Sequence record: MH383160
DNA length: 64,000 nt
Strand: one strand, 5' to 3'
Source of the DNA: Escherichia phage UB
The notes beneath the pieces are model-generated. The model saw only the letters and a list, made by a program, of their open reading frames with translations. It did no database searches and was not told where the DNA came from. The position numbers were made by a program, and so were the translations under genes. Shown in pieces: positions 9,644-18,937 of this stretch. Position 1 is the first letter of the stretch. Every line of letters starts with the position of its first letter.

Positions 9644-10012
9644 CTAACCTCGTTTACGTTTTTTAATTGTACTGTGCATCTTTTCGAAATAGGGAACCAA
9701 AACATATTGAACAGTTTGCCAGATAACCATTAGATTATGCACTGCACCACCAAGGATACCAAACACTAGAACAATAATTGCCATAATAGGATCACCGTCT
9801 ACCATACCCCATTTAAAGATATGTAAAATCCAAGCAATGACTAGACAAAATAAACTAAGCCAATACGTAATGAAAAATCCGGCTTGTAATTCATAATCAT
9901 CAGCAATTTCATCGTATACCGTTTCTAAAAATGATACACAAAAGAATTTACCAATTATAACCACAGTACTAATAAACAGCATAGCAGTTAAGATAATAAG
10001 AGCAATTTCCAT
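9644..10012 (-). CDS. small membrane protein
   Basis: Hydrophobic 122-aa ORF, tightly packed. Confidence 0.6.
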   Translation of the reverse strand: MEIALIILTAMLFISTVVIIGKFFCVSFLETVYDEIADDYELQAGFFITYWLSLFCLVIAWILHIFKWGMVDGDPIMAIIVLVFGILGGAVHNLMVIWQTVQYVLVPYFEKMHSTIKKRKRG

Positions 10013-10326
10013 TACATCCCTCGTTTACGCTTTTGATTGCGTCTAAATTCAGTTAGTCCACGGCTAATCGGCGGCATCAGACTACATAAAAAAGTAACAG
10101 TTGTTGGTAGTAACATCAAGTCAATCATTGCAGTGTTATCTGGTGGATCAAAAACCAAAAAATACACACAAGAAACACTAATAATGGTTGAACCGATAAA
10201 AGGAATACAAAATTCTTTTATCTGTTTTTCAACATAATCAAACATCTTGAGTACAAATAAAAATCCAACCCAACACATAATGAAATAGAATGAATACAAC
10301 GTGTAAATCAATGTTACGATATCCAT
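10012..10326 (-). CDS. small membrane protein
   Basis: Hydrophobic; start overlaps upstream stop. Confidence 0.6.
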   Translation of the reverse strand: MDIVTLIYTLYSFYFIMCWVGFLFVLKMFDYVEKQIKEFCIPFIGSTIISVSCVYFLVFDPPDNTAMIDLMLLPTTVTFLCSLMPPISRGLTEFRRNQKRKRGM

Positions 10327-10664
10327 TAGTACCTCGCATCAGGAACTTTAGCACGTAATTTATGAACGACTGGGAACAACAACAAACTTACATATGCAAT
10401 AGTTGAACCCCAATAGAATACTAATACAATTGGTTCACCATTAGAACGGAAACCTCTACTAATCATTGAGTAGTGAATAATAGGCATAATCATCGCCATA
10501 CCAAACCATGCGTGTAATTTTAATTGCAGCATGTTATCAGCGATGAATACTGAAATTGGTCGTTTAAAGAACCACATCAGAAAGTAGAATCCAGCACTAA
10601 TAATATAGTACAAAGTACTAACTTTCATATACCACGGCAGTAAATCAATAAAGTACTCCATCAT
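10326..10664 (-). CDS. small membrane protein
   Basis: Hydrophobic 112-aa ORF. Confidence 0.6.
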   Translation of the reverse strand: MMEYFIDLLPWYMKVSTLYYIISAGFYFLMWFFKRPISVFIADNMLQLKLHAWFGMAMIMPIIHYSMISRGFRSNGEPIVLVFYWGSTIAYVSLLLFPVVHKLRAKVPDARY

Positions 10665-11008
10665 TCCTCCGGTATCTTATTTCGAAGTTCAATCATAACA
10701 CAACAAATTTTAATGGTCAATATAAAAGTTAAACATATCATCCCAAGTGTGCCGTAAACTGCGGAAAAAGCTGGTAGTACCTTTCCTGTGAGTGTTGCTA
10801 CAATACATGCAATCAATGTTGATGCAAACAACGATTGATTAATGGCAGAATTCATAAAATCTTCACCATTACGTTTATAGAATTGTCGTTTAAAATACCA
10901 TCCTAGAAACATAACTACCCAAAATGATACATAAGTTGTTAGAATAATCCCTGCAAGTGAATGTGCAACTGAACTACTCCTTAAAAACTCAAGATAAGCT
11001 TCAAACAT
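10661..11008 (-). CDS. small membrane protein
   Basis: Hydrophobic 115-aa ORF. Confidence 0.6.
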   Translation of the reverse strand: MFEAYLEFLRSSSVAHSLAGIILTTYVSFWVVMFLGWYFKRQFYKRNGEDFMNSAINQSLFASTLIACIVATLTGKVLPAFSAVYGTLGMICLTFILTIKICCVMIELRNKIPEE

Positions 11009-11358
11009 TAGAAGTCTCCGCGAATTTTATCTCTACCATGAATAATGAGATGGATTAAGTATACAACTAACCAAATGAACAACCCAAAGAATACAATATA
11101 TTGTGAGATTGAGTTCAAGTGAGGATTAGCACAATAAATTAAGTGTGCCATAAGACCAACAATTGCAAACAAACCTTGAACAAGTGTGTAAAGAACTAGT
11201 GATGAATTCCTCACTGGATACAGTTTAAAAACAATTTTCTTTTTAAAATACCATAGTACTACAACTAGTGCATGATAAAAGAAAAAACCAAAAAGATAAA
11301 TCAAAGTAATACTAATCATTGTATCTGATTTAAAAAATTCTAACATTAGAATCCCCAT
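11008..11358 (-). CDS. small membrane protein, paralog of 11346..11687
   Basis: Shares ITLIYLFGFFFYH..LWYFKKKIVFKLY with neighbour. Confidence 0.65.
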   Translation of the reverse strand: MGILMLEFFKSDTMISITLIYLFGFFFYHALVVVLWYFKKKIVFKLYPVRNSSLVLYTLVQGLFAIVGLMAHLIYCANPHLNSISQYIVFFGLFIWLVVYLIHLIIHGRDKIRGDF

Positions 11359-11687
11359 TTAAAGTTATCACGAGCTTTAATAATAAAATACATAGTACAC
11401 ACCAATAACCAGACGATTAGTCCTGAAAACACAACATATTGTGTAATGTGTGGTGTATTATCAATTTGTAACATGTAAATCACATATGTCATCACACCAA
11501 ATAAAATAAACCCACCTTGTATAATGCTATATACAACTAAGAATACATTATCATACGAATACAATTTAAAAACAACTTTCCTTTTAAAATACCAAAGACT
11601 AATTACAATTGAATGATAAAACAAGAATACAAACATGTATATCAGTGTAATACCAAGCATTATATTAGATTCAAAAAACTCACGCAT
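11346..11687 (-). CDS. small membrane protein, paralog of 11008..11358
   Basis: ITLIYMFVFLFYH..LWYFKRKVVFKLY. Confidence 0.65.
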   Translation of the reverse strand: MREFFESNIMLGITLIYMFVFLFYHSIVISLWYFKRKVVFKLYSYDNVFLVVYSIIQGGFILFGVMTYVIYMLQIDNTPHITQYVVFSGLIVWLLVCTMYFIIKARDNFKWGF

Positions 11688-11752
11688 TGGGTGTCTCCAG
11701 TGATTAAACTTTTGTTATAGTACTACACATTGTTAGTACTGTCAATATGGAA

Positions 11753-12523
11753 TTAAATTTTCTCAAGGAACAAGTTTTCGCACTGTTCTTCCCAATCGTA
11801 TGGGTTGTTGTTATATACTGCCGAAATCAACAGTGGCATACGCAGTGAAGGTGAACGAAGAGAATCTTCGTGCTTCAACATCCAGTTCAGAATTGCTTTA
11901 CTACCATTACGGTTAATACCCTTAGATTCTAAAATGTTAGTCTGATTCATCACGTTCTCAATGTGAATCATGATATCGCTTTTGGTCTGAATCTGTAAGT
12001 CAACGTATACAGAACGAGACATAAGAGCAGCATAGTGAGCAGACATTTTAGTTTTAGCTTTAGCATCTAATGCTAAATCTTTGTTCGTAATGAATACGAT
12101 GCGACCATTAAAATCAAAGCTATTAGGAATACCGTTAGTGGTTAAGTACTTAGAGCTAGTCATATAAGACACAGTACGCTTACCACTATCCAGCACTGCT
12201 TTGAGCAGGTTCATACCGTCTTCTGAATCAAAGATGCTGTCCATATCATCCAGTACTAATACGTTAGTGCTGTGACGATTCTTGTACAGAACTTCGTACA
12301 GAGCAAGAGTAGTCATCTTGCCACTGATAGTAGCTACGTTCCATTCTGCTGCGTCATGAGCTTTCTGGAGGCGTTTAGACAGGGTGTAAGTTTTACCAAC
12401 ACCAGGTGCACCGCTGACAACCATACTTTTTACAGTACTGCTATCGTCGAGCAAACACTCAAGAGCAACCATCATGGAGTTGAAGTTTTTCTGGATTTGA
12501 ATGCTACGTGCTTCTCTGGTCAT
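11753..12523 (-). CDS. P-loop NTPase (AAA-like ATPase)
   Basis: Walker A GAPGVGKT and Walker B VLVLDD. Confidence 0.7.
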   Translation of the reverse strand: MTREARSIQIQKNFNSMMVALECLLDDSSTVKSMVVSGAPGVGKTYTLSKRLQKAHDAAEWNVATISGKMTTLALYEVLYKNRHSTNVLVLDDMDSIFDSEDGMNLLKAVLDSGKRTVSYMTSSKYLTTNGIPNSFDFNGRIVFITNKDLALDAKAKTKMSAHYAALMSRSVYVDLQIQTKSDIMIHIENVMNQTNILESKGINRNGSKAILNWMLKHEDSLRSPSLRMPLLISAVYNNNPYDWEEQCENLFLEKI

Positions 12524-12551
12524 TTCGTTATCCTCATCAGTTGATGAAATA

Positions 12552-12581
12552 ATTATAGCAAAAAGGGTTGACCGAAGTCAA
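12552..12581 (-). promoter_or_regulatory. sigma70-type promoter (TTGACT-N18-TATAAT), -35 inside terminator hairpin
   Basis: Minus strand reads TTGACTTCGGTCAACCCTTTTTGCTATAAT. Confidence 0.5.
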
Positions 12582-12584
12582 CAC
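12560..12584 (-). terminator. UUCG-loop intrinsic terminator (degenerate copy)
   Basis: GTGTTGAC-TTCG-GTCAACCC + TTTTT on minus strand. Confidence 0.5.
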
Positions 12585-12602
12585 TTTTACAAAAAAAACC
12601 AT

Positions 12603-12929
12603 TCAGTACACACAATTACCAATATCAATATTTTTACCATTATAGGTAATTATATATTTTATCTTATTTGGTTTTATAACAAAAACTTTTAATTTTTGAT
12701 TTAATTTATCATTTGAAAAAATAGTATATGAACCACTCCCGTCTTTAAAAACTTCTTGACTTTCGAACATAAATTTCTTTCCATCAATTTTAGCAGCTTT
12801 TGTTGAAACATCCAAATACAGTTGATAAATCTTATCAGATTTTGAAGATTTACAAGTAGTTGATGATTCATTTTTTGCATTCACTGTTGTTGATAAACAC
12901 ATTAACATAACTAACATTAACTTTTTCAT
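12603..12929 (-). CDS. secreted small protein (signal peptide)
   Basis: N-terminal MKKLMLVMLMCLSTTVNA. Confidence 0.6.
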   Translation of the reverse strand: MKKLMLVMLMCLSTTVNAKNESSTTCKSSKSDKIYQLYLDVSTKAAKIDGKKFMFESQEVFKDGSGSYTIFSNDKLNQKLKVFVIKPNKIKYIITYNGKNIDIGNCVY

Positions 12930-12949
12930 TTTAATTAACCTCTTTTATT

Positions 12950-14413
12950 TTATAAAATTACTTCACCAAAAATACCATTAATATCACGTTCAATAATGTA
13001 CTCACCTTCATGTTTGGCTAAGAATTGTTTTATTACTTCAATTACATTTTGACGATGTATGTTGTTGTATGTTTCAGTATAACCATCACCTCTGTTATAA
13101 TAGCCAATATTTTTATGTGGTTTTCCACACAATGCAACAGTATGAACTTGTGTTTCTAACTCCGATGCCAAAAATCCCCCTTCTTCGGTGTGAAAAAAAA
13201 TAACTAATACATTAGTCCAAAAATTATCAACACCATACTCTTCTAAAAAAGATTTGTTAATTTTTTTAAGTCGGGGTTTGATACTGTTACCCTGTTGGGT
13301 TATTCCGAATTTATCCGATTCGTTTGTTTGATCAACGTTCATATATGAACGTGTAGGTTTGTTTTTCTTAAACCCGTACTCATTATACATTGAAAAACCA
13401 TATTCAAAACTGAAAAAATCTGCAATATTAATTTTTTGTTGAATTGAACTATCACTACGAGAATATAAAAACACACTACGGTAATTAGTGTATTCACCGT
13501 CCCAACCAATAAATGTAAACGTCACTTCATCAGTTGAGCGATTACATAATTCTTTTTTAATTTGATATTCACGCTGTTCTTTTGTCCAACGAAACCCGCC
13601 AGTACAGCGACAACTTAAATGCCCCTGTTTGAGTGTGTGCATTTCTTGCTCAAATTCACCAGTACATAAACCATTTTTTGTATATTCATCGTTTGCACAA
13701 ATTGGACATGAGTATACAAGTTTACTAAATCTCCCATAATCATTAACTGTATCACTACGCTTGAACGTGGTCTTTGGATGAAACTTACCAGTATTCATTA
13801 TTTCGTTAATGTGATTTTCCAATCCGTTATTGCTTTCACGATGATACTGTTTCTTTCTTTCATTCCCACATTTAACACATCCATCATTTGTACCATTCGA
13901 TCCAAATAAAATACCATTTATAGTTGCACTGTTCATGAGTTCATCTGGGTGATGTTCACATACAAGAGTTGGTTTATATGTATTACTTTTAATTATACCA
14001 GTTGGAATTGATAATAATTTCTTTCCAGTTTTTGAAATTTTTCTTTCTATTCGAATAATATATTGATAACGAGTCCATTTTGGTATCTCACTACAACCAC
14101 ATGGAATTATTGAATTCAAATATGACGATTGTGCAATAATATACACACCCAAACCATGCAATTGAACATCATTTGCACAAATTTTACAAATTTTAAGATA
14201 GAACTTAGCTTTGGTCTTTGGATTTCGAATTAATCCCAACAGACTTTCATCACATTCTGTATTAGTATCCTGCTCCAATTGATCAAATGAATCAGGAATT
14301 GGCAATTGTGGATGCTTTTCACGAAGAATGAATAACGAAATTCTAAATGCTTCTTCACTTTTTGCCAAGCTTAATGCATTTTCAACTTCAATTGAACGAT
14401 GTACTTTATACAT
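12950..14413 (-). CDS. hypothetical Cys-rich protein (possible zinc-binding / nuclease-like)
   Basis: 487-aa ORF with several CxxC pairs; no confident family assignment. Confidence 0.6.
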   Translation of the reverse strand: MYKVHRSIEVENALSLAKSEEAFRISLFILREKHPQLPIPDSFDQLEQDTNTECDESLLGLIRNPKTKAKFYLKICKICANDVQLHGLGVYIIAQSSYLNSIIPCGCSEIPKWTRYQYIIRIERKISKTGKKLLSIPTGIIKSNTYKPTLVCEHHPDELMNSATINGILFGSNGTNDGCVKCGNERKKQYHRESNNGLENHINEIMNTGKFHPKTTFKRSDTVNDYGRFSKLVYSCPICANDEYTKNGLCTGEFEQEMHTLKQGHLSCRCTGGFRWTKEQREYQIKKELCNRSTDEVTFTFIGWDGEYTNYRSVFLYSRSDSSIQQKINIADFFSFEYGFSMYNEYGFKKNKPTRSYMNVDQTNESDKFGITQQGNSIKPRLKKINKSFLEEYGVDNFWTNVLVIFFHTEEGGFLASELETQVHTVALCGKPHKNIGYYNRGDGYTETYNNIHRQNVIEVIKQFLAKHEGEYIIERDINGIFGEVIL

Positions 14414-14456
14414 TTAAGGTTCCCATTTATTATCATATGATGAATAACAAAAAATT

Positions 14457-14696
14457 TCAAATTGAATTTGATAATATACCTTTCCAGTACTGAACCCGTC
14501 CAGCACCATTAATTTTAGCTTTAATCTTATCTTTTTCGACAAGACCTTCTTTGTAATCAATTGAAGTATTATCACACTTAATTACATCTAAGTCAAGTAC
14601 TTCTTGGGTAGTTAATGATGTATTATCTGCGATTTGTTGTAGAGTAATTACATCAGTACCGAAGTATTCTGCTAAACGTATAAAAGATAGTTTCAT
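14457..14696 (-). CDS. hypothetical protein
   Basis: 79-aa ORF immediately downstream of a terminator-promoter cassette with GAGAGG RBS. Confidence 0.55.
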   Translation of the reverse strand: MKLSFIRLAEYFGTDVITLQQIADNTSLTTQEVLDLDVIKCDNTSIDYKEGLVEKDKIKAKINGAGRVQYWKGILSNSI

Positions 14697-14722
14697 GTAT
14701 TACCTCTCGTTTCGATAAAATA

Positions 14723-14752
14723 ATTATAGCAAAAAGGGCTGACCGAAGTCAA
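14723..14752 (-). promoter_or_regulatory. sigma70-type promoter, -35 TTGACT in terminator arm, -10 TATAAT
   Basis: Minus strand TTGACTTCGGTCAGCCCTTTTTGCTATAAT; leader near-identical to cassette at 16.0 kb. Confidence 0.55.
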
Positions 14753-14755
14753 CCC
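14731..14755 (-). terminator. UUCG-loop intrinsic terminator
   Basis: GGGTTGAC-UUCG-GTCAGCCC + UUUUU on minus strand. Confidence 0.7.
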
Positions 14756-14761
14756 TTTATG

Positions 14762-15121
14762 TTATTCTAAGTCACTCATAGTACTAATAGTTAATCCCAT
14801 TTCTTCTGCAATGTTGCATAGCAAACCAACAGCATTACGAAGAATATCAGTGTTGTCCACCGAGAATGATGAGTTTTCATTTACAGTTGAAGACTCAATG
14901 TAGTACTCAAAATAACGAGAAGTTGAACGCACAACTTTAACACCTTCATACTTCTGTAGTTCAGAGTTGATACGCTCGATTAGTGAATCTTCCAGTACTC
15001 GATAGTCACCATTCATTCCACGTTTCCATCCATCAGCAGGACGGAAATAAAAAGTTTTTGTACGTTGAATTGTTGAGATTGTTAGTGGGTTGTATTCTGC
15101 GATTTCACTTAAAGATGCCAT
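14762..15121 (-). CDS. hypothetical protein
   Basis: ATG with GAGGAA RBS; promoter just upstream. Confidence 0.6.
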   Translation of the reverse strand: MASLSEIAEYNPLTISTIQRTKTFYFRPADGWKRGMNGDYRVLEDSLIERINSELQKYEGVKVVRSTSRYFEYYIESSTVNENSSFSVDNTDILRNAVGLLCNIAEEMGLTISTMSDLE

Positions 15122-15147
15122 GTTGTATTCCTCATTTGGTGATGTAC

Positions 15148-15176
15148 ATAATACAGAAAGATAGAACAGGTGTCAA
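15148..15176 (-). promoter_or_regulatory. sigma70-type promoter TTGACA-N17-TATTAT
   Basis: Minus strand TTGACACCTGTTCTATCTTTCTGTATTAT. Confidence 0.55.
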
Positions 15177-15227
15177 TGTTTATATCTAAAATATCCAAAT
15201 ACTTTGGTGTAGCACATACTACATCAA

Positions 15228-15422
15228 CTAATCCTCGCTGAAGACAACAATAAGGAATGACACGAACAATGCCGCATAACAAGGAGCTATCTTCATGTAC
15301 CACGGGACTTCATAATACCATGTACCCAATTCATCCCACGAAAAGAGTATACTCAAACCGAAGCCGATTAGCGATAGTACAATAAAAGAAATCCAGAAAC
15401 GCTTTGAATATACTAATAACAT
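15228..15422 (-). CDS. small membrane protein
   Basis: ATG with AAAGGAACA RBS; hydrophobic. Confidence 0.5.
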   Translation of the reverse strand: MLLVYSKRFWISFIVLSLIGFGLSILFSWDELGTWYYEVPWYMKIAPCYAALFVSFLIVVFSED

Positions 15423-15460
15423 GTTATGTTCCTTTGTGTAACCGAAGTCAACCCTTTCCT

Positions 15461-15976
15461 TTAATAATTATTCATTTCATCTTTGATTTGTTCTTCAATT
15501 TCGTCGAACATATCAGTACTAGATTCGTTCTTACTACTTACGTTCTGCATATCTTTAACGTACTGTGGACATTCAACATCAGTAAACTTATACCACGTAG
15601 GCTTCATCTGGAGCTTCTCAATCAAACGATCACGAGACATTTTAATCTCTGACTCCGTTGGTACGTAGTCATTACAAAACTCAGCAGGGAAGCCGCTAAT
15701 GTCGTTTACTTCAGTGTTTTGAATCTTCATACCACGACGCAGACATTCGTTGACAATATCAATATGACGCTTCTGTAAGTACAATAACTTGTTGTAGAAG
15801 AATGTTACATGACCTGAACCCAACAGGTAAGTACTGTTAATTTTGAAATCACGAACTCGCTTACGTGCTTGAACGTGTTTTTGTACAGCACCAAATACAC
15901 GTGGGAGTTCACGATATTCAGCCATCAGATGTTGGTCAGCAAGTTCTTTAACGTGTACTAAGTTAATGCGTGTCAT
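15461..15976 (-). CDS. denV: pyrimidine-dimer DNA glycosylase / AP lyase (T4 endonuclease V family)
   Basis: [47 protein letters not shown] matches T4 DenV from memory. Confidence 0.85.
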   Translation of the reverse strand: MTRINLVHVKELADQHLMAEYRELPRVFGAVQKHVQARKRVRDFKINSTYLLGSGHVTFFYNKLLYLQKRHIDIVNECLRRGMKIQNTEVNDISGFPAEFCNDYVPTESEIKMSRDRLIEKLQMKPTWYKFTDVECPQYVKDMQNVSSKNESSTDMFDEIEEQIKDEMNNY

Positions 15977-16004
15977 GTATTCATCCTCTCGTTTCGATGA
16001 AATG

Positions 16005-16034
16005 ATTATAGCAAAAAGGGCTGACCGTAGTCAA
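16005..16034 (-). promoter_or_regulatory. sigma70-type promoter in terminator-promoter cassette
   Basis: Minus strand TTGACTACGGTCAGCCCTTTTTGCTATAAT, then conserved leader CATTTCATCGAAACGAGAGG. Confidence 0.55.
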
Positions 16035-16037
16035 CCC
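16013..16037 (-). terminator. intrinsic terminator hairpin (CGUA/UACG loop variant), T-runs both sides
   Basis: GGGCTGAC-CGTA-GTCAACCC flanked by A5 and T6. Confidence 0.7.
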
Positions 16038-16444
16038 TTTTTTCTTTCAATTAAACATAATCTACCAGCATGTACCATGCGATGGTGATTAGAACAAAGA
16101 ATTACACACTTTCGAATTTCATCTTTGATAGATTCTCGACTTTTACTGAACATAGAACTTGGTGTATGTTCTTTGGTATTAGGTTCAAGATGATGAAAGT
16201 CTAAACATTCTGGATACTTCATCATGCAAATACTACAACCATAAAATGATTTAACTCTGGTCATGAAATCTTTATTTTTTCTTTTGATTTCTTCAAGTTT
16301 TTTTACATCAGTTTTTTTATTTCTGGTTTTCTTACTGGTAATATTACTACAACATTTGCATGTATTTCTTTGTTTCCCAGTATCACTTCTTATACCAAAT
16401 TCACTAATGTCTTTTTCAATATTACACGTGATACACTTCTTCAT
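16031..16444 (-). CDS. HNH endonuclease
   Basis: Cys-rich N-terminus plus HNH core ...DFHHLEPNTKEH...ILCSNHHRMVH. Confidence 0.75.
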   Translation of the reverse strand: MKKCITCNIEKDISEFGIRSDTGKQRNTCKCCSNITSKKTRNKKTDVKKLEEIKRKNKDFMTRVKSFYGCSICMMKYPECLDFHHLEPNTKEHTPSSMFSKSRESIKDEIRKCVILCSNHHRMVHAGRLCLIERKKG

Positions 16445-16746
16445 GGTTTAACCCATTTATTCAACAATTCACCCAACTTCACAATCTCATACCCATCCAG
16501 ATAGCCATAGGAACACTCAGGTGTTTCATAAGTTGAACCATCATGGATACCTTGACATTGGCTTTTGGAACGTTCAAGCAATCGTTGCAGTACTGATACG
16601 TCATCAAGAACGTAATACAAGTTAGCATATGGGTCCGTCACAATACAGTACTTAAACATGCCAAATGTATCAATCGATTTTTCAACCTTAGCAAATTGTT
16701 TCTTTTCTTTATTATACAATGCGTACATATTAATCTCCATAATCAA
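16441..16746 (-). CDS. hypothetical protein
   Basis: 101-aa ORF, start overlaps upstream stop. Confidence 0.55.
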   Translation of the reverse strand: MIMEINMYALYNKEKKQFAKVEKSIDTFGMFKYCIVTDPYANLYYVLDDVSVLQRLLERSKSQCQGIHDGSTYETPECSYGYLDGYEIVKLGELLNKWVKP

Positions 16747-17101
16747 GTTTAACTAACTTACCATCCAGATACCCAAAGTTTTCTGGCTTCGCATCTGAAT
16801 AGAAGAAGTCAGTACTTAACTCTGAATTCAATGCTAAAGCACACAACTCCACCCAAAATAAACCCCTATGTTGCACTGGCTTACAACGTTTCTGTACAGT
16901 TACTAGTCCAGTACATGATGACCACAATGTAGGACAGATACTACTATCACTACGATTAGAGTACTGCATCCACGAACGTTCATTGAGGTTAGCTATCATT
17001 CCCGTTAAGAATAACTTCCAGCTTTTGAAGGTTGGAATCTTGATAGCGTATTCCCCAATGAGGATAACAGTTCGGGTTGCACCTTTCAAATCTATATTCA
17101 T
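16730..17101 (-). CDS. hypothetical protein
   Basis: 123-aa ORF. Confidence 0.55.
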   Translation of the reverse strand: MNIDLKGATRTVILIGEYAIKIPTFKSWKLFLTGMIANLNERSWMQYSNRSDSSICPTLWSSCTGLVTVQKRCKPVQHRGLFWVELCALALNSELSTDFFYSDAKPENFGYLDGKLVKLDYGD

Positions 17102-17105
17102 AATA

Positions 17106-17282
17106 TTAGTACGAATCAGATTCCCAGTACTCGATTGCTTCTTTCAGCAATTCTTTAGCACGTTGTTTTGCAATGCGAGCGGGTAACAGATATGTGTACA
17201 TTAACTGACGCTTCACTTCATTCAGTGAAAGCTGTTCATGGTACAGTGCATCCATCAGTCGATTACGAGTACGTAGTTTCAT
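17106..17282 (-). CDS. small hypothetical protein (58 aa, below ORF-track cutoff)
   Basis: ATG preceded by AAGGATAA; fills a 190-bp gap. Confidence 0.45.
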   Translation of the reverse strand: MKLRTRNRLMDALYHEQLSLNEVKRQLMYTYLLPARIAKQRAKELLKEAIEYWESDSY

Positions 17283-17293
17283 ATAAGTTATCC

Positions 17294-17848
17294 TTATTTC
17301 AAAGAATCATAGTAAGCAGTGTCAAAGATTGGAGTCATAATAACATAGTCAATACGGTCAATGTAAGTTGAACTCCACATTTCTGGTTTGTCATATAACT
17401 GACGCTCGCGTTCATTCATACGAGTCAGTACTTCTTCCAATTTACTACGTGAATCCATCAATGTATTACTCGAACCATAAGTGAAGTACTCAGTCCAATG
17501 ATATTCATATTCAGTACTGATAGATTGAATAGTACCATCTTTGAAATGAGCTAAGGCATAACCTTTCTCTACAAAGTTATCAGGTGGAAGAACACCATCT
17601 GGATTAGTTTTCAATGCTTGTGCTAACTTTTCTTTAATTTCAGTTAACGTGCATACTGAACGAATGTTCTTCAGGTTTGATACTTGAAAATCACTGTACT
17701 TTCCAAAGAAAAAGACACGCCAATCTTTAGGTTCATTATCAGATACGGTAGCATCAGGGTGATGGGCGAGTAAACGAAGAAGGCCAGCTTTGTGACCGTT
17801 AATGTAGATTTCATGGATGTGGTTAGCAGTTTTCTTAAAAGTAATCAT
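17294..17848 (-). CDS. hypothetical protein
   Basis: 184-aa ORF with consensus promoter upstream. Confidence 0.6.
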   Translation of the reverse strand: MITFKKTANHIHEIYINGHKAGLLRLLAHHPDATVSDNEPKDWRVFFFGKYSDFQVSNLKNIRSVCTLTEIKEKLAQALKTNPDGVLPPDNFVEKGYALAHFKDGTIQSISTEYEYHWTEYFTYGSSNTLMDSRSKLEEVLTRMNERERQLYDKPEMWSSTYIDRIDYVIMTPIFDTAYYDSLK

Positions 17849-17895
17849 GGTAGATCCTCGATTGTAGGGATGAGAAGTTCATCCCCTTGATAAGC

Positions 17896-17923
17896 ATTAT
17901 ACAGTACTGAATGTGTTTGTCAA
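17896..17923 (-). promoter_or_regulatory. sigma70-type promoter TTGACA-N16-TATAAT with CAGTACTG in spacer
   Basis: Minus strand TTGACAAACACATTCAGTACTGTATAAT. Confidence 0.6.
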
Positions 17924-17924
17924 C

Positions 17925-18320
17925 TCAAAATAAATTCATTTCATGTGCGTATTGTGGTTCAAGATAAGATAAGTTTTTGAAACTGTCTTTCAATTCTGCA
18001 TCATCTACGTACACAGTACCAGGTACATTCCCCATAGTGAAGCCAACCCAAACAGTCATGTTTCCAGTTCCTAAGCGGGGCATTGATAGCGTCCCGTCAG
18101 GTGAAACATCAAACGCTACACTAAAGTCATCCGTTACAACTTCCGAACCATTTTCCAGAATAATACAACCACGTTCTTTAAGCTTCTGAATGTGGATAGC
18201 AGCCTCTACAGCACGTTTAAAGTTATAATAAGACTCTTTATCCTCGAACATTGATTGTTTAACCAGACGCTTGTTTAGCTCGGTTACTTTGTGCATTTGA
18301 CGCATTACTTCAACTCCCAC
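17925..18320 (-). CDS. hypothetical protein
   Basis: 131-aa ORF. Confidence 0.55.
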   Translation of the reverse strand: MGVEVMRQMHKVTELNKRLVKQSMFEDKESYYNFKRAVEAAIHIQKLKERGCIILENGSEVVTDDFSVAFDVSPDGTLSMPRLGTGNMTVWVGFTMGNVPGTVYVDDAELKDSFKNLSYLEPQYAHEMNLF

Positions 18321-18559
18321 AGTTGTAGAATTTCATAAGAGCCTGGTGGTGCTGGATTGATAATCTCAGGGTATTCAGTACTGTTAGGATTACCACCAGC
18401 ATTGAACTCAGCAAGTAATAATTCGAGTTCATTCCTATCATGAACAACAAACACGCAATATCCAGTTCCTTCTTCAAGAACTGTAGTTGATCCCGCACAA
18501 TCCCATACGGTATCAATACATAATAATTCTTTAGTGTTTTTATTACGCAACGCAAACAT
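18305..18559 (-). CDS. hypothetical protein
   Basis: 84-aa ORF; preferred over overlapping 18310..18723. Confidence 0.45.
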   Translation of the reverse strand: MFALRNKNTKELLCIDTVWDCAGSTTVLEEGTGYCVFVVHDRNELELLLAEFNAGGNPNSTEYPEIINPAPPGSYEILQLWELK

Positions 18560-18568
18560 ATATGTCTC

Positions 18569-18937
18569 CTATCGATTCGGCATATTCTTTCGTAGTCGCA
18601 AGAGAAATTCAACCACTGACCATGTTGTAATGAAGGCAATATAAGTTGCAAGGAATCCAGTAAGAATGAATGCAACCAGCGTACTACCATTTGGGGAATC
18701 AGTTTTAATGCCGATGACACCATCGGCTACAGTGAAACATGTAGCCATTAATGTGTAACCTACGTACAACACAAAGAAAAACTCATTCTCCATTGAAGGA
18801 TAGAAACGGTTAAACACTTTATAAAATTTAAAGTACAGTAGGATTATACCAACAAAGGCATAGAATGTAAACAGTGTTGTTATAATATATGAGATTAGGT
18901 TCAAATTATACATATCAACGCTCCGGTAGATTATCAC
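18569..18937 (-). CDS. small membrane protein (FK.YK.LF.R.YP family)
   Basis: Hydrophobic; motif YFKFYKVFNRFYP shared with two neighbours. Confidence 0.6.
   Translation of the reverse strand: MIIYRSVDMYNLNLISYIITTLFTFYAFVGIILLYFKFYKVFNRFYPSMENEFFFVLYVGYTLMATCFTVADGVIGIKTDSPNGSTLVAFILTGFLATYIAFITTWSVVEFLLRLRKNMPNR

Noticed and set aside
12272-12692. Plus-strand ORFs 12272..12544 and 12501..12692
   Set aside because: Antisense to the ATPase gene and spanning the terminator-promoter cassette; no RBS.
15109-15303. ORF 15109..15303 (-)
   Set aside because: GTG start, overlaps the promoter at 15148-15176 and the better-supported ORF 15228..15422.
18310-18723. ORF 18310..18723 (-)
   Set aside because: Out-of-frame overlap with two better-supported genes (18305..18559 and 18569..18937).
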